Of a stretch of 64,000 nucleotides of DNA, positions 24,231 through 38,612 are shown one piece after another. The notes beneath the pieces are model-generated. The model saw only the letters and a list, made by a program, of their open reading frames with translations, did not search any database and had not been told where the DNA came from. The DNA comes from Octopus sinensis (taxonomy: Eukaryota), in contig NC_042998.1 in the NCBI RefSeq assembly GCF_006345805.1, positions 162,936,001-163,000,000 on the forward strand, in the 5' to 3' direction. A program made the translations under genes and the position numbers. Positions within the stretch are counted from its first letter, which is position 1. Each line of letters starts with the position of its first letter.

Positions 24231-25156
24231 CACACACACAGCAGTTTTTTTTGGGGTGTGGGGGGGGGTCAGTTTCTATCTACAGTAACTCCACTCACAA
24301 GGCTTTAGTCAGCCTAGGGCTACAGTAGAACACATTGTCCTAGAGTGCCACGCTGTGGGACTGAACTTACAATCATGTAGGCTCGGAACCAAGCTTCATA
24401 ACCACACAGCCATGCTTGCTGCCACCCTAAATCAAGAAGCGTTAATTCAATCATATTACGTTTTGGAATATGTTTTTGTTTTTATGTATACATGTGTGTG
24501 TATATGTGAGTGGGTGGGTGGGGTTTAAGGGAGATTTGGCTACCTTTTCTAGTGAGCAGATCATCCATGCAATAGCTTGATAAGTGTTTAATGCTAAGAA
24601 GGGGGTATTTTTTAGTGATAAAAACATACTCCCACAAGGATGCCATCCTCAACAATTCTTGTAAGGAGAATTCATGATAAATACATAAATAGAATAAAAA
24701 TAGATAAAATAAACTAAAAGAAAAATAGCTTCATGTTCCACTAGGGTAAAGTGGAGTCCCTTTTGTCGATGCATAATTCACTTATTAGGTAATAAAACTT
24801 ATAAGATATCATTTGGACGTGGGTTCAATATCTATCTACCTCTTATTTGTTTTTGTCTCTTTTTTGTTTGATTATTGTTATTTTTGGTGGTGGTGGTGAT
24901 TCTTTGTGTATGTTTTATATTTTACAAACATAACACATATGTACACAAACATATACACACTCACGCACGTGCACATTTATAATATATATATATATATGTA
25001 TTTGTGTGTGTATGTGTGTGTGCATGTATACATATATATATGTAATATTGTTATATATAGTACATTATTGTATATATATATATATATCTATATAATATGT
25101 TATATATATATATACATATATGTGTTATATATACATATATGTATACGTATGTACAT

Positions 25157-25232
<76 letters not shown>

Positions 25233-26120
25233 GTATATACATATATATATATATTAATGTATATATATGTATAAAAATAAATATACTGTGTGTGTATACA
25301 TGCATGTATGTATGTATACACACACATACACACACATAAATGTGTTTGTGTTGAGGTTACTACAGCAATATGACCTACAGTAGATGTAACATGTTCAAAT
25401 CCCGCTGGTAATGTTACAAATTTTTCCTGTGATGTATGTATACACACATAGACACAGGCACACACCACACGCACACACACACAAACATAGCTACATACGT
25501 AGATACACATGTGTGTGGTGAGGTGGTATACATTTTTGATCATTAATTAATTTATGCAATTATACATATCTACTGTTATTGATAACTAACACTCACAAAT
25601 GCCTTCATAGTTATTCAAACCTCCAGGCATCTCTTTTGAATGTGTGGGTGTGCTGGATTATAACCAGTGCTGCTTTGAAACATTTTTTTTTAAGCAAGCT
25701 TTTGTGCATAGCTATGATGTTCTCTCAGGGAGATGAAACTGTCTCCCTCTGGCAGAATATGCTATGGCATGTGCGTTGTAGGCCTTGCAATACTAGGCTG
25801 AAAAATGCCGGAGATTCCAATATTACATTTGTCTTTTATGTTGCCACAGAACATGGTTTCTTTCACCAGTTTTCATTTTATACCTTTCAGTCTTGGCTCA
25901 AATGAGAGCTTTACTTGAAGCTCATTGGCTTAACTATGCAAGGACAGTCGTGTTTAAAACTCCCTGAGGCATTACATAGCTGCATACCATAGAATTACAT
26001 ATACATGCATACATCATACACACACACACACACATATATACATTGACTGACCATGTGTGTGCGGTGACACCATAAGTTGGGCTTTGTGTATACACATACA
26101 TACATACATACATACATACA

Positions 26121-26156
<36 letters not shown>

Positions 26157-27207
26157 TATACATCTATTTATCTATCTATCTTTCTAATGCTCTCTGTGTG
26201 TGTTTATATTTATATATATATATATATATTATATATATATATATATATATGTATGCTGTGTATGTATGTAGGTATGTATGTATACACAAAGTCCTACTCC
26301 TGGTGTCACCACACATGCATGGTCAGTTGATGTCTATGTGTATGTGTATATATATATATATAATATATATATTATATATATATATATATGTGTGTGTGTC
26401 TGCCTGTCTGTGTATGTGTGTATATATATAATGAGTAGGACTTTGTGTATACATACATACCTACATACATACATGCATACATATATATATATATATTATA
26501 TATATATATATATATAATATATATATATATAATATATATATATAATATATATATATAATTAACACGCACACACACAGAGCATTAGAAAGATAGATAGGTA
26601 ATAGATATAGATGATAGAGTCAGACACACACACACACACTACACCACTATACCATTACATTCATCTGTTTTACTAATCCCCTTTAACAACACAGCTCTAT
26701 GCAATCTATTGACACCACAATACTATGTTACACCAATAAATCTTACAATAAAATTTTACATCAATCCACTTTACTGTTACACCATAAACTAGATATAGCA
26801 GTCAAATCTTTTCTCAGATATAGTGACCTTCTAATAAAAGGAAGGACACATTTGATAATATAGATACAGTTTGCTCCAAGCAAAGAAAGCATTGTTATGG
26901 CTGGAACATTTTGATTGCAGGTTAATTGGATAAATAATTGACCTAGAATGAGGCATCAACATACATTAAGTAATTATCTAACATGAATAAAAACGATAAA
27001 GTTGGCACTGTAATTATTGATATTAAGCAGGCATGACTACGTGGTTAAGAAGCTTGCTTTGCAACTACGTGGTTTCAGGTTCAAGTCCACTGCATGACAC
27101 TTTGGACAAGTGCCTTCCATTGGTCAACCAATGTTTGTGAGTGAATTTTGTGCATGGAACTGTCAGGAAACCAGTCATATATATATATAGATATAGATAT
27201 ATATATG

Positions 27208-27288
<81 letters not shown>

Positions 27289-27309
27289 CATATATCATAT
27301 ACATATATT

Positions 27310-27592
27310 AGACTCATCCAACTCTTTCCCAAATTCTCTGCACTCTCCTCAGATTGACACCCAAACACTGAAATGTTCGTATTGGAGCTTCCAGCACAAA
27401 TGCCAAGCAGTACAGCATGTCGTTTCAAATTTCTGGCAGAGTGGATTGCGTCATGGTGTTGTTTTTCTCACAGACGGTACCCAACTGATCCAACTATACT
27501 GTGTAATCAACAAAATCAAAAACAAACAATGCGCATGTGCGAAATTAAAAATATAAAATGGTGCCAATTTACCCATTGCACCCTGTATATAT
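27310..27592 (-). mobile_element. maT/Tc1-like transposon 5' end
   Basis: Minus-strand TIR TACAGGGTGCAATGGGTAAATTGGCACC; degenerate N-terminus ...FQCLGVNLRRVQRIW. Confidence 0.6.
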
Positions 27593-27598
27593 GTGTGG

Positions 27599-27633
<35 letters not shown>

Positions 27634-27729
27634 TGTATTAGAACATTGGGAAAAAGGTGCTGTCAGATTTCTTCTAATTCTCAGGGTTCTGAGTTCAAAT
27701 TTTCCTGTGTTTGTTTGATGCTGACAACT

Positions 27730-28061
27730 GATTGAGACCCTTGGCAATTTGCTGTACTTGAGAAGACACGTCAAGCCAAGTGAAATCATAGTCATGACCA
27801 GTGTCGGTGACACATAAAAGGCACCTATGATGGTCACACATAAAAAGCATTCATGGTGGTTGCACACGCAAGGCACCCATGCCTGTGACACATAAAGGCA
27901 TCAACTACACTCTTGGAGTGGTTGGCATTAGGAAGGGTGTCCAGCCATCGAAACTATCCCAAATCAGACTGGAACTTGGTGCAGCTCTCTAACTTACCAG
28001 TGCTGGTCAAACCATCTAACCCATGCCAGCATGGAAAGTGGACGTTAAATTATGACAATGT

Positions 28062-28108
<47 letters not shown>

Positions 28109-28110
28109 GT
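27730..28110 (+). mobile_element. RTE-tailed retroposon 3' end with (GAT)n tail
   Basis: GGCATTAGGAAGGGTGTCCAGCC...AACCCATGCCAGCATGGAAAGTGGACGTTAAA followed by (GAT)n. Confidence 0.7.
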
Positions 28111-28138
28111 GGTGATGGTGGTGGTTGGTGGTGATTTT

Positions 28139-28370
28139 GGCGGCGAGCTGGCAGAAACGTTAGCATACCAGGCGAAATGCTTAGCGGTATTTCGTCTGCC
28201 GCTACGTTCTGAGTTCAAATTCCGCCGAGGTCAACTTTGCCTTTCATCCTTTCGGGGTCGATTAATTAAGAACCGGTTACACACTGGGGTCGATATAATC
28301 GACTTAATCCGTTTGTCTGTCCTTGTTTGTCCTCTTTGTGTTTAGCCCCGTGTGGGTGGTAAAGAAATAG
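28139..28370 (+). mobile_element. SINE family B, full length
   Basis: GGCGGCGAGCTGGCAGAAACGTTAGC through TTTAGCCCCGTGTGGGTGGTAAAGAAATA. Confidence 0.9.
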
Positions 28371-29695
28371 GTGGTGGTGGTGACGGTGGTGGTGGTAGTG
28401 ATGGTGGTGGTGATAATGATGTGAGCGTATTATATTTGTGTTTATCCTCTACCACCACTTGACAAGCAGCGTTGGTTTGTTTATGACATAGTAACTTAGC
28501 TGTTTGGCAAAAGAGACTGACAGAGTAAGTTCCAGACTTAAAAAGAAAAAGAAGCACTAGAGTATTTGATTTCATTTACAAAAATCCTTCAAGGTGGTGC
28601 CCCAGCATTGCCACAGTCCAATGACCGAAGCAGGTAAAAGAAGAAAGAAGATATAATCAAAGTTAACGAACCAAGATCACCTTATCCTTTTTTATGGGGA
28701 CATATGCCTGCATTCTCTTTTATCTCCTTGCTAGATGTTGGGTATAGGATGTGATTTGGGGAAGATTTGGCCTTTATGCTTTTGCAGGTAAAGCAAGCAC
28801 AAAAAGCACTGATCTGCTACGAACAAACTTTAATTTCTTCTGCTTTGGTTTCAGTTGCCTTGTAAAATTTAAACATTTCTGAATGTCTGTGAAAAATTCT
28901 TGTGATACCATTTGTGAACTCTCGTGAGATTTCAATGTTTAATTAGCAACAGAGTTGAAATCTAACCCTTTCAGTGAACGTTTAGATATACATCACTCAT
29001 TCACATGCACACATGGAAATAGAAAATGTGTGTCATGCATGTGTGCGTGTGTGCATGTGTGCATGTGTGTGTGTGTGTGTGTGTGTGTAAACATTAAAGT
29101 TTCTCTGTGAATTTCTGTTAAGATATATATATATATATATATACGTCTGTTCACGCATTAGGATTTAGCAGTTTTGAGACTTTCAGTAGAAGTCTTTTAC
29201 TGTAAGCAGATAATTTAAGTATGTGTCCCACACACACACACACACGCATATTTAGATTGAGATTTATGTGTGTGTGTGTATGTATATATATATATATATG
29301 TATATACACACACATACATATGCATGGTTATTTACATAAATGGAGATGACAAGATATGTAAATATATATACACACATACATATAAATCTATGTATGTGTA
29401 TATATATCATATGTATATATATATGTATACATATATATGTGGGTATATATATATATATGTATGTATATATAGGTATATATATGTGTATATAAATATATAT
29501 ATACATATATATACATATATATATACATATACATATATATATACATATACATATATATATATATATATATACACATATATATACACATATATATACATAT
29601 ATATACACATATATATGCATATATACATATATATAAACATATACATATATATATACACATATATCTATATATATATACATATATACATGTATATA

Positions 29696-29726
<31 letters not shown>

Positions 29727-31154
29727 ATACACATACATATATACACATACATAATATATATATATATATATATATATCGGTGTGAATGAGTGTATACATG
29801 TAGCCTTACTCATGATGAATAATAGAAAATACTACATTCCAGTGAAAATTGTCCAACAAGAGAAATGTTTACATTTAATCACTTCCTACCTGAAGCAAAA
29901 TGTTTTACATACCATGAAATTGTGTGTTGTATAAGTGAATGACCGTATATGTATATCTGTGTGCATCTATGGATATACCTATATAGGTGGCTATGCATAT
30001 ATACAAATGCATTATATGTGTGTGAGTGTATATATACATACATACATGTGTATATATATATGTATATATATACATATATACATATATATACATGTGTGTG
30101 TGTGTATATATGTGGGCATGTGTGTTTGTGTATTCATATATATTATATATATATATATATAATATATATCTATATATATATATATATATTATATATCATC
30201 ATCATATTTATGTATATATTATATACTATACAGATTTTATATATATACATTGTGTAGTGTGTGTGTACTGATGGGACAGTGGAATATAAGTGAATACAAA
30301 TAATATCCAAACATATGAGTATATATTCTTTTTGTGTGGGTGTATACACACACACATATGTATGTGTGTGTGTGTGTGTCATTTGAATGTAAGCATATAC
30401 ATGTGTGTGTGTGTGTGTGCATACATATGTGTGTGTGTGTGTGTACATACCTACATACACATATACATACCTTTTTATCTTAGATTTAAGTATTTAATTA
30501 AATTCACTTCATTTGATTACAAGAATCTCAATGTAAGTTTCAAAGTAAAAAAAAATACTGAAAAATAAAACTCTAAAGAAAGAAAAGAATAAGAAAAAGT
30601 GTCTTAAAAATTTTCTTTTATTTTAAATTTATATATACAATTTAAAAAGAACCTTTAGATAATTTTAAAAAATAGGTCCATTTAAATTGCTTCTAGATAT
30701 AACAATCAAGTTCTGAATTTATTTATTTGTCAAAAGATGTAAATAAATAAATAAATAATGGTTAATTTTTTGAAGAATTTAAATTTTTTTAATTTCACTT
30801 TATTTAATTTTTTTGTAAGCCTTGTTTGCTAGTATTTTTGGGACATCAATGTTCATCAGTATTTATTTATGCTGACCTAATTTTATCATTGGAATTTGAT
30901 GAAAGTCACAGCTGCCCATGTTGTTAGGTTGATAAAATACAGCCTGAAGTGCTAGGGGCATTTTTTTTTCTCTTTTTCTCCTATCACCAACACTCTGTTG
31001 TTGCTTTATTCTCCTCCCACCAATTCCTACTTTATCCTCTATTGCCCTCCTAATTCTACCTGGCTTATAAAAAGCCCATCACAGGATGGTACGTAGCTGA
31101 CTCATGGCTGTATTTGAGCTGAAAGGTGGATTCTTCTATCATAAATAACAGATG

Positions 31155-31395
31155 AGGGCTTAGCTTCTTATTTCTTTATTGCCCACAAGGGGCTAAACAT
31201 AGAGGGGGAAAACAAGGACAGACAAAGGGATTAAGTCAATTACATTGACCCCAGTACATAACTGATATTTAATTTATTGACCCTGAAAGGATGAAAGGCA
31301 AAGTTGACCTCGGTGGAATTTGAACCCAGAACGTAAAGACAGACGAAATACCACTAAACAATTCGCCCAGCATGCTAACGTTTCTGCCAGCTCGC
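31155..31395 (-). mobile_element. SINE family B
   Basis: Reverse complement of the family B consensus. Confidence 0.85.
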
Positions 31396-31666
31396 TGCCT
31401 CTTACTGAACAACCTGCTCAGATGATTTTTTTATATAGTGATCAAATATTTTTGCTGTACATTAGTTCATTTCCTCCATCGAATCACCTTTGCCCTTACA
31501 GGTGCAATCAGTCCCACATGTCAGACATCGAAGGGATTGCAGGGCAGCATGAGATGAAATGTTTTGCTCATGAACACAATACACTGCCCAGTTTGAGAAT
31601 TGAAATCTCAATCTTCTGATTGAGAGTGCAACACCTTAACCATTAGGTCATACACCGTCACATAAA

Positions 31667-31980
31667 GTGAGTTGTGAGGCACATGGCCTAGTGGTTAGAG
31701 CAGTGGGCTTGCAGTCGAGGAATCGCAGATTCGAATCTCAGACTGGGCGATGTGTGTTTATGAGTGAAACACCTAAGCTCCACGCAGATCCAACAGAAGG
31801 TAATGGCAAACTTCTGCAGACTCTTTCACCACAACTTTCTCTCACTGTTTCCTCCTGCATCCTGCAGCTCACCTGCGATGGACTGGTGTCCCATCCAGGT
31901 GGGGAACATATATGCCAAAGAAATCGGGAAACCGGCCCTTATGAGGCAGGCATGGCTCAAGAAGGAACAAGCAAAAACAT
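31667..31980 (+). mobile_element. SINE family C
   Basis: tRNA-like head, CCTGCGATGGACTGGTGTCCCATCCAGG block, GCATGGCTCAAGAAGGAAC tail. Confidence 0.8.
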
Positions 31981-32174
31981 AAAGTGAGTTGAATACCTTG
32001 AAAATGCAAGAGCATTTCATAAACTCATAACACCTGTGTTTTAGCTTCACCTGTTCATTGTTATAACTGTGGTTGTCGCTGATGCAATCGTTGTTGTTGT
32101 TGTTGTTGTTGTTGCTGTCTAGCTCCAGGTCAGCAGTCAATCAGACAGGAGTATTATAGCTAAATGATCTCCTA

Positions 32175-32312
32175 GGCATAGGAGTGGCTGTGTGGTAAGT
32201 AGCTTCTTACCAACCACATGGGCAAGTGTCTTCTTGCTATAGCCTTGGCCAACCAAAGCCTGTGAGTGGATTTGGCTGACGGAAACTGAAAGAAGCCCGT
32301 TGTATATATATG

Positions 32313-32388
<76 letters not shown>

Positions 32389-32630
32389 TAAGTATGTGTT
32401 TGTATATGTTTGTGTGTCTGTGTTTGTCCCCCCAACATCTGACAACTGATGCTAGTGTGTTTACATCCCCGTAACTTAGCGGTTTGGCAAAAGAGACCAA
32501 TAGAATAAGTACTAGGCTTACAAAGAATAAGGCCTGGGGTCGATTTGCTTGACTAAAGGCGGTGCTGCAGCATGGCTGCAGTCAAATGACTGAAACAAGT
32601 AAAAGAGTAAAAGAGTAAAGAGTAAAGAGA
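32175..32630 (+). mobile_element. SINE family A, full length with internal (TA)n
   Basis: GGCATAGGAGTGGCTGTGTGGTAAG head, GGAAACTGAAAGAAGCCCG, (TA)n, 3' module, (GTAAAAGA)n tail. Confidence 0.9.
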
Positions 32631-33316
32631 GAGTACTCAGTGACTAGATATGATATAAGTCAGCAAGCAGGTAAAATTAACAACACACTAAGCAAAATGC
32701 TTAATGGCATTTTGTTCATCTATATGTTCCGAGTTCAAATTCCACTGGAGCTGACTTTGCTTTCCATCCTTTTGTAGTTCAATAAAATAAGTAGCAGTTG
32801 AGCACTGGGGTTGATGTAACTGTCTTAACCCCTTCCTTGAGACTGCTGGTCTTGTGCCAAAATTTGAAACCATTTTAATTGTTATTAAAGTGATGAGCTG
32901 GTAGAATCGTTAGCATGCCAGGTAAAATGCTTCTGTAGGTCGATAAAATAGGTACCAGTTGAGGACTGGGATCTGATGTTTTTATTTATTTTTCACCCGA
33001 GATACGTCTGCACCACCGGATGCTCCTGTACCAGTTTTTTGTGTGTCCTACAAGAAGAATCGATGTTGGATGTGTCGAAACAATTGTTGTGATTAATAGT
33101 ATATTCTTGTATATTCCATCTTCTGTCTTTTATTTGTTATATATATATATGTACCAAATCCACTTTCAAGACTTTATTCAGCCCGAGGCTATAGTAGAAG
33201 ACACTTTTCCAAGATGCTGAACAGTGGGACTGAACCCAGAACCATGTGGTTGGGAAGCAAGCTTCTTACCACACAGTAATGCTTGCTCCAATTGATATAT
33301 ATATATTATGTTTGTG

Positions 33317-33350
<34 letters not shown>

Positions 33351-33744
33351 TGTGTTTGTCTTTTTGTTTGGGTTTGTCTACCACCATTTGGTGACAACTG
33401 GTATTGGTTTGTTTATACACCCCACCATCCATAACTTAGTGGTTTGGCAAAAGAGATCGATAAAATAAGTACTGGACTTAAAAATAAATACTGGGATCAA
33501 TTCATTCACCATAAACCCTTGAAGATGGTGTCCAAGCATTGTCACAGCGAAATAATAGTAAGGAATAAAAGCTAAAAGACACAAGCAATTCTGATTAATA
33601 CCTTTTATTTTTAATTCAAAATAATTTTAATTGTTTTCCAAAACTTTTTGCTATATTCATTTAATTTTTCTCTTTCTTTTTTTACAGGTGTAAACAAAAG
33701 CAGCCGTTTGTACAGAAACTAATGATGTGTACACTGACATTTTG

Positions 33745-34380
33745 TTCTTTGATCATGGAAAGTTAAAAACTACAAGCTCTCTTTTCCTTTTGAAGTTAAA
33801 TATTCTGTGTCTGCTTTTCATGCAAAGTTAAAGACTACTAAACTACTAGCACATTTTTCATAGAAAAGTAAAGATTGCATGCTTACATTGCATGGGAAAT
33901 TAAAATTACTTGCATGTTTTTTCATAAAAAAGTAAAAATTGCATGTCTGTTCTGTATGGAAAGTTAAAAACTACTAGGACACTTTTCATGGGAAGGTAAA
34001 ACTTGCATGCCTACTTTGCATAGAAAGGTAAGAATTACTACCACATTTTTCATGGAAAAGTAAAAATTACTGGCACACTTTTCATGAAAAGGTAAAAATT
34101 GCATGGAAAGTTAAAAATTACTAGCACTTTTTTCAGAGACAGGTAAGATTTGTATGCCTACTTTTCATGGAATATTAGAAGTTACTACCACACTTTTCAT
34201 GGAAAGGTAAAGATTGTATGCCCACTTTTCATGCAAAGTTAAAAATTACTAACACACTTTACATTTAAAGGTAAAATTTGCATGCCTACTTTGCATGGAA
34301 AATTAAAAGTTATTAGTACACTTTTCATTGAAAGGTAAAAATTGCATATCTACTTTGCCATGTAGTGGAACTGCCATGAG
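33745..34380. repeat. Degenerate 32 bp minisatellite with largely alternating A/B units
   Basis: Shared CATGGAAAGKTAAAAATT followed by ACTAGCACACTTTT (A) or GCATGCCTACTTTG (B). Confidence 0.8.
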
Positions 34381-34989
34381 GATGGGAAGCAAACTTCTTG
34401 CCGCACAAGCATTCTTGCACCTATCATAGATTTTTCTGAACTAGTGATGGTCATTTTGGTCAACACACTCTAAATTTAATATTTATTAAATTTACTTAAA
34501 TAATTAGATAAATTACAGGTACCTTCATATTAGTATAAACAATATAAGTTTATCAAATTGTATTTTGTGAAACGTGCAAGATACCAGTAATCTAATCTGG
34601 TACCCATGGTAATTTGAAGTTCCTGTTCATAAATTAGTGCAGATAATAAGAGATTCTAGACCCTTGGTGTCTGGATAATTGGTATTGTATCTGGACAAGA
34701 CTGGGGAAAAAATGAAACAATCCTGGCAGAAATATCTTGGATCCTAGATTTTCAAAATTAGTGTCAATGTGCAATTAAGCAACAATGACATCAACAAATA
34801 GTGAAACCATAAGGTCCAACTGGGCTTTTTAGTTCTATAGCTCATCAAATGTTCAGTTAATCAGTCATATATTAAAAAATATGTAATCTAAATTGATTAA
34901 TCTTGTACTATATAAACTACATAATCTAAGTTATTTCACCATTTATGTTTGCATTTTTAGTCTTTAACCCTTCAATAATCATTATCTGT

Positions 34990-35087
34990 CTAAATTAAAT
35001 TTTGTCTTTGTTAACTTCCATCGACTCTCTTAAACTTCATTGACTTTCTTGAACTTCAGTAACTCTCTTGCTCTTTCTGTTTCACTC

Positions 35088-35149
<62 letters not shown>

Positions 35150-36110
35150 TGTCCACTATCTCTTTTAACCACTATTATCGCGGTTAACATCCATGACACT
35201 TTATAATCTCCACTATCTCTACTAATCTCTTTTGATTGTGTTAATCCCCATTGTCATATAACCTTTTGGAATTGCTCTACATCTTTGTTATCAATGTTTA
35301 TTCCCTATTGACTCAATTAATCTCAGTTGGTACTGTATATTTTCTGTTGATCCTCTTAACATTCATTGACTCTCTTTTAACATCTATCATCTATGTTAAT
35401 TTCAGTGACTCTTTTCAATCTCCATTGATTCTTTCTTAATCAACATTATCTTTCTTAATTCTGTTAATCTCCATTACTCTCAACCTTCATTGCCACTCTG
35501 TAATCTACATTGACTCTCTGTTAATCTTCGCTTACTTAATTTCCACTTCAACCTCTCAATTTCCAGTATCACTCTTATCATTTATTATCTCTGCTAACTT
35601 TCTTTACCTTAATTGACTCTGTTAACCTTAACTAACTCTCAATAACTTTCACTGACTCTCTCCTAATTTTTATTGTCTCTCGTAATCTTTATCATAGAGT
35701 TGACTTTCACTGTGTCACTTCACCTCAACAGACATTTTATAACCTCCACTGATTATTTATAATTTCTATTGACTCTCTATAGCCTGCTGTGACTCTCTCT
35801 TAACCTCAATCAACTCTCTTAACCTCCACTGACTCTCAATTATATTCATTCTCTCTTAAACATAATGGACTCTCATTATTCCATTCACTCTCTCTTAACC
35901 TTCATTGACTCTCTTAATCTCAATTGGCTGTCTTAACCTCCACTGACCCTCTCTTAACTTTCATTGACTCTCCTAAACTTAAATGACTCTCATTAACTCC
36001 ATTAACCTTAATTGATTTTCTTAACTGGCTCTTTAATTCATTTCATCGACACTCCTGGACTCAACTGTCTCTCCATAAACCTCCATTGACATTTCTGACC
36101 TTCATTCACA
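34990..36110. repeat. Highly degenerate ~19-21 bp pyrimidine-rich minisatellite
   Basis: Recurrent TTAACCTYCAYTGACTCTC motif, interrupted by (TA)n at ~35090-35146. Confidence 0.75.
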
Positions 36111-37042
36111 CACACACACACATACCACATGCACACGAACTCCCTCCCCCTCTCTCTCTCACACACACACATTGTCTCAATCTCTCTCTATCTCTCTCAC
36201 ACACACATCGTCTCAATCTCTCTCTCTCTCTCTCTCTCTCTTGACTGCCAATATCCAGTCTGTACTAGTTAAAAGTTTCCATGACTTTTTTTGTTATTAA
36301 ATCCACAAAGAAAGACATTCACATTCCCTGTCTCTCCTCTGTCATCTCCATCATATACCAGTACTGATCCATGCCAGGATCTTTGGGATCACTTATACTT
36401 CTGCATTGTTCCCCCCCACACACACACACACCTCGTCCTACATTCACTGCCTCTGCCTATCTCTGGTCATGACTTCTTTTTGTTTGTTGTTTTTGTTCTT
36501 TTTTTTTTTTTTCAGGTGGACTAAGCTTTGGGGAAAGGAAAAGAAGGGCAAGAAGGGAACAATGGAAAGGAAGAGGGAAGGGGAAACAAAGAAGTGGAAG
36601 GGAACCTAGTTGAAGGTTTGCCTTTGCTTCAGGCTAGCATGATGCAAAGATCATAGTTAGTGGAGGGAATGAAGAGTAGTTGTGATGGTGGCGGCAGTGG
36701 TGGCGACAGTGATGGCGATGGTGGCAATGGTGGTGGTGGTGGTGGTGGTGGTGGTGTGGTGGTGGTGGTGGTGGTTGTGGTGGTGAGCGTTATGGTGATA
36801 TTGCAGAGTGTTAGCTATGGTGGTGGTAGAAGGTGTGTGTGTGTGTGTGTATGTGTGTGTGTGTATGTGTGTGTGTATGTGTGTGTGGGTGTGCATGCAT
36901 GAACATGCATGCGAGCACATTAAATGTGTACTTACTGATGTTTGCAGTAAAAGATAAAGTGTAATGCATGCTCTAACACATAAACACTCACACATGCATG
37001 CACACACACACACACTCGCACGCACACACACACACACACTCG

Positions 37043-37080
<38 letters not shown>

Positions 37081-37180
37081 CATACATCCTCAAAATATAT
37101 AGAAAAGAAGCACAAAAATAAATACACCTTCTTTCTGCAGTGAGAGGGAGAGAGTGCACACATGCATATTTGTGTGTGTG

Positions 37181-37224
<44 letters not shown>

Positions 37225-37317
37225 CATACACACACACATACGTATATGTGTGTGTATGTGTGTGTGTATATATATATATGCATGTATATATATACATGTA
37301 TATATATGTGTATGTGT

Positions 37318-37365
<48 letters not shown>

Positions 37366-37524
37366 GGCACAGGAGGGTCTTGTGGTAAGTAGCTTGCTTA
37401 CCAACCACATGGTTCCGAGTTCAGTCCGACTGTGTGGCACCTTACGCAAGTGTCTTATAGAACCTTGGGCTGACCAAAGCCTAATGAGTGGATTTGGTAG
37501 ATGGAAACTGAAAGAAGCCTGTCG

Positions 37525-37561
<37 letters not shown>

Positions 37562-37795
37562 GTGTATATGTTTGTGTGTCTGTGGTTGTTCCCCCAACAT
37601 CGCTTGATAACCGATGCTGGTGTGTTTACATCCCTGTAACATAGCGGTTCGGCAAAAGTGACCGATATAATAAATACTAGACTTACAAAGAATAAGTCCT
37701 GGGGTAGATTTGCTCAACTAAAAGCATTGCTCCAGCATAGCCGCAGTCAAATTACTCAAACAAGTAAACAAATAAACAAGTAATAGAATAAAAGA
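37366..37795 (+). mobile_element. SINE family A, full length
   Basis: Same structure as 32175-32630. Confidence 0.9.
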
Positions 37796-38297
37796 ATATA
37801 TATATAGATACACATACATACATATATATGTATGTATGTATATATGTATGTATGTACAAATGTGCACAAATGTATATATCAATGCGTATTTGTGAAAGTC
37901 CATATACAGGTGGGTGTATATGTGAATGTGTATATTACACCAGAATGTATGTAACTGGTGATATTGCAGCAGTAATGCTGGTGTGTCTCGTTTGTGGTGT
38001 TTAGTTCCAGGTCAGCTTTAAAGACATTCCAGCAGTGACCATCCAGTTTCTCTCTCTCTCTCTCTCTTTTTTTTTTTTTTTTCACCGTTTTTCTGGGACT
38101 GCATTATGATATCTGCCTTTTCTTCCATGATGTTAGAGGGTGATTTCTGACAGACTTTTGCTATCGTTTCAAGCAAACTGAGCTAAAGGCGTCGACGATG
38201 ATTTAGTACATGTATGTATATGTATGCAGATTTGAATCTGTGAAAATGTGCGAGAAGTATATGTACATTTACATGTAAACATCCGTGTAACCATGTG

Positions 38298-38362
<65 letters not shown>

Positions 38363-38471
38363 CGCGCATGCAAAAAGTAGAGGTGCTTGGTTTTTTTTAT
38401 AGTTTGGAATATAGGAAAATATCAGAATCATAAAAATGTTGATTGATTATAAAAGGAAGTGGATATACAGG

Positions 38472-38536
<65 letters not shown>

Positions 38537-38612
38537 GGATGGATGGATGGATGGATTGATGGATAGAGGGGTAGACAGATAGATAGATACACAGACAGCC
38601 AGATAGATAGAT

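Noticed and set aside
31060-31110. TATAAAAA followed by ATG/GTACGT and TGACTCA
   Set aside because: Short motifs expected by chance in 64 kb of AT-rich DNA; spacing does not fit a TATA promoter well.
33660-33770. Strong splice-acceptor-like site (polypyrimidine + TACAG at 33688)
   Set aside because: No donor and no recognisable peptide in any frame; may be a UTR or lncRNA exon but unsupported without RNA data. Same for the sites at ~28787 and ~36516.
33745-34380. Constant-plus-variable repeat resembling a CRISPR array
   Set aside because: The variable parts are only ~14 bp and recur as two types; the repeats are degenerate; the context is eukaryotic with no cas genes.
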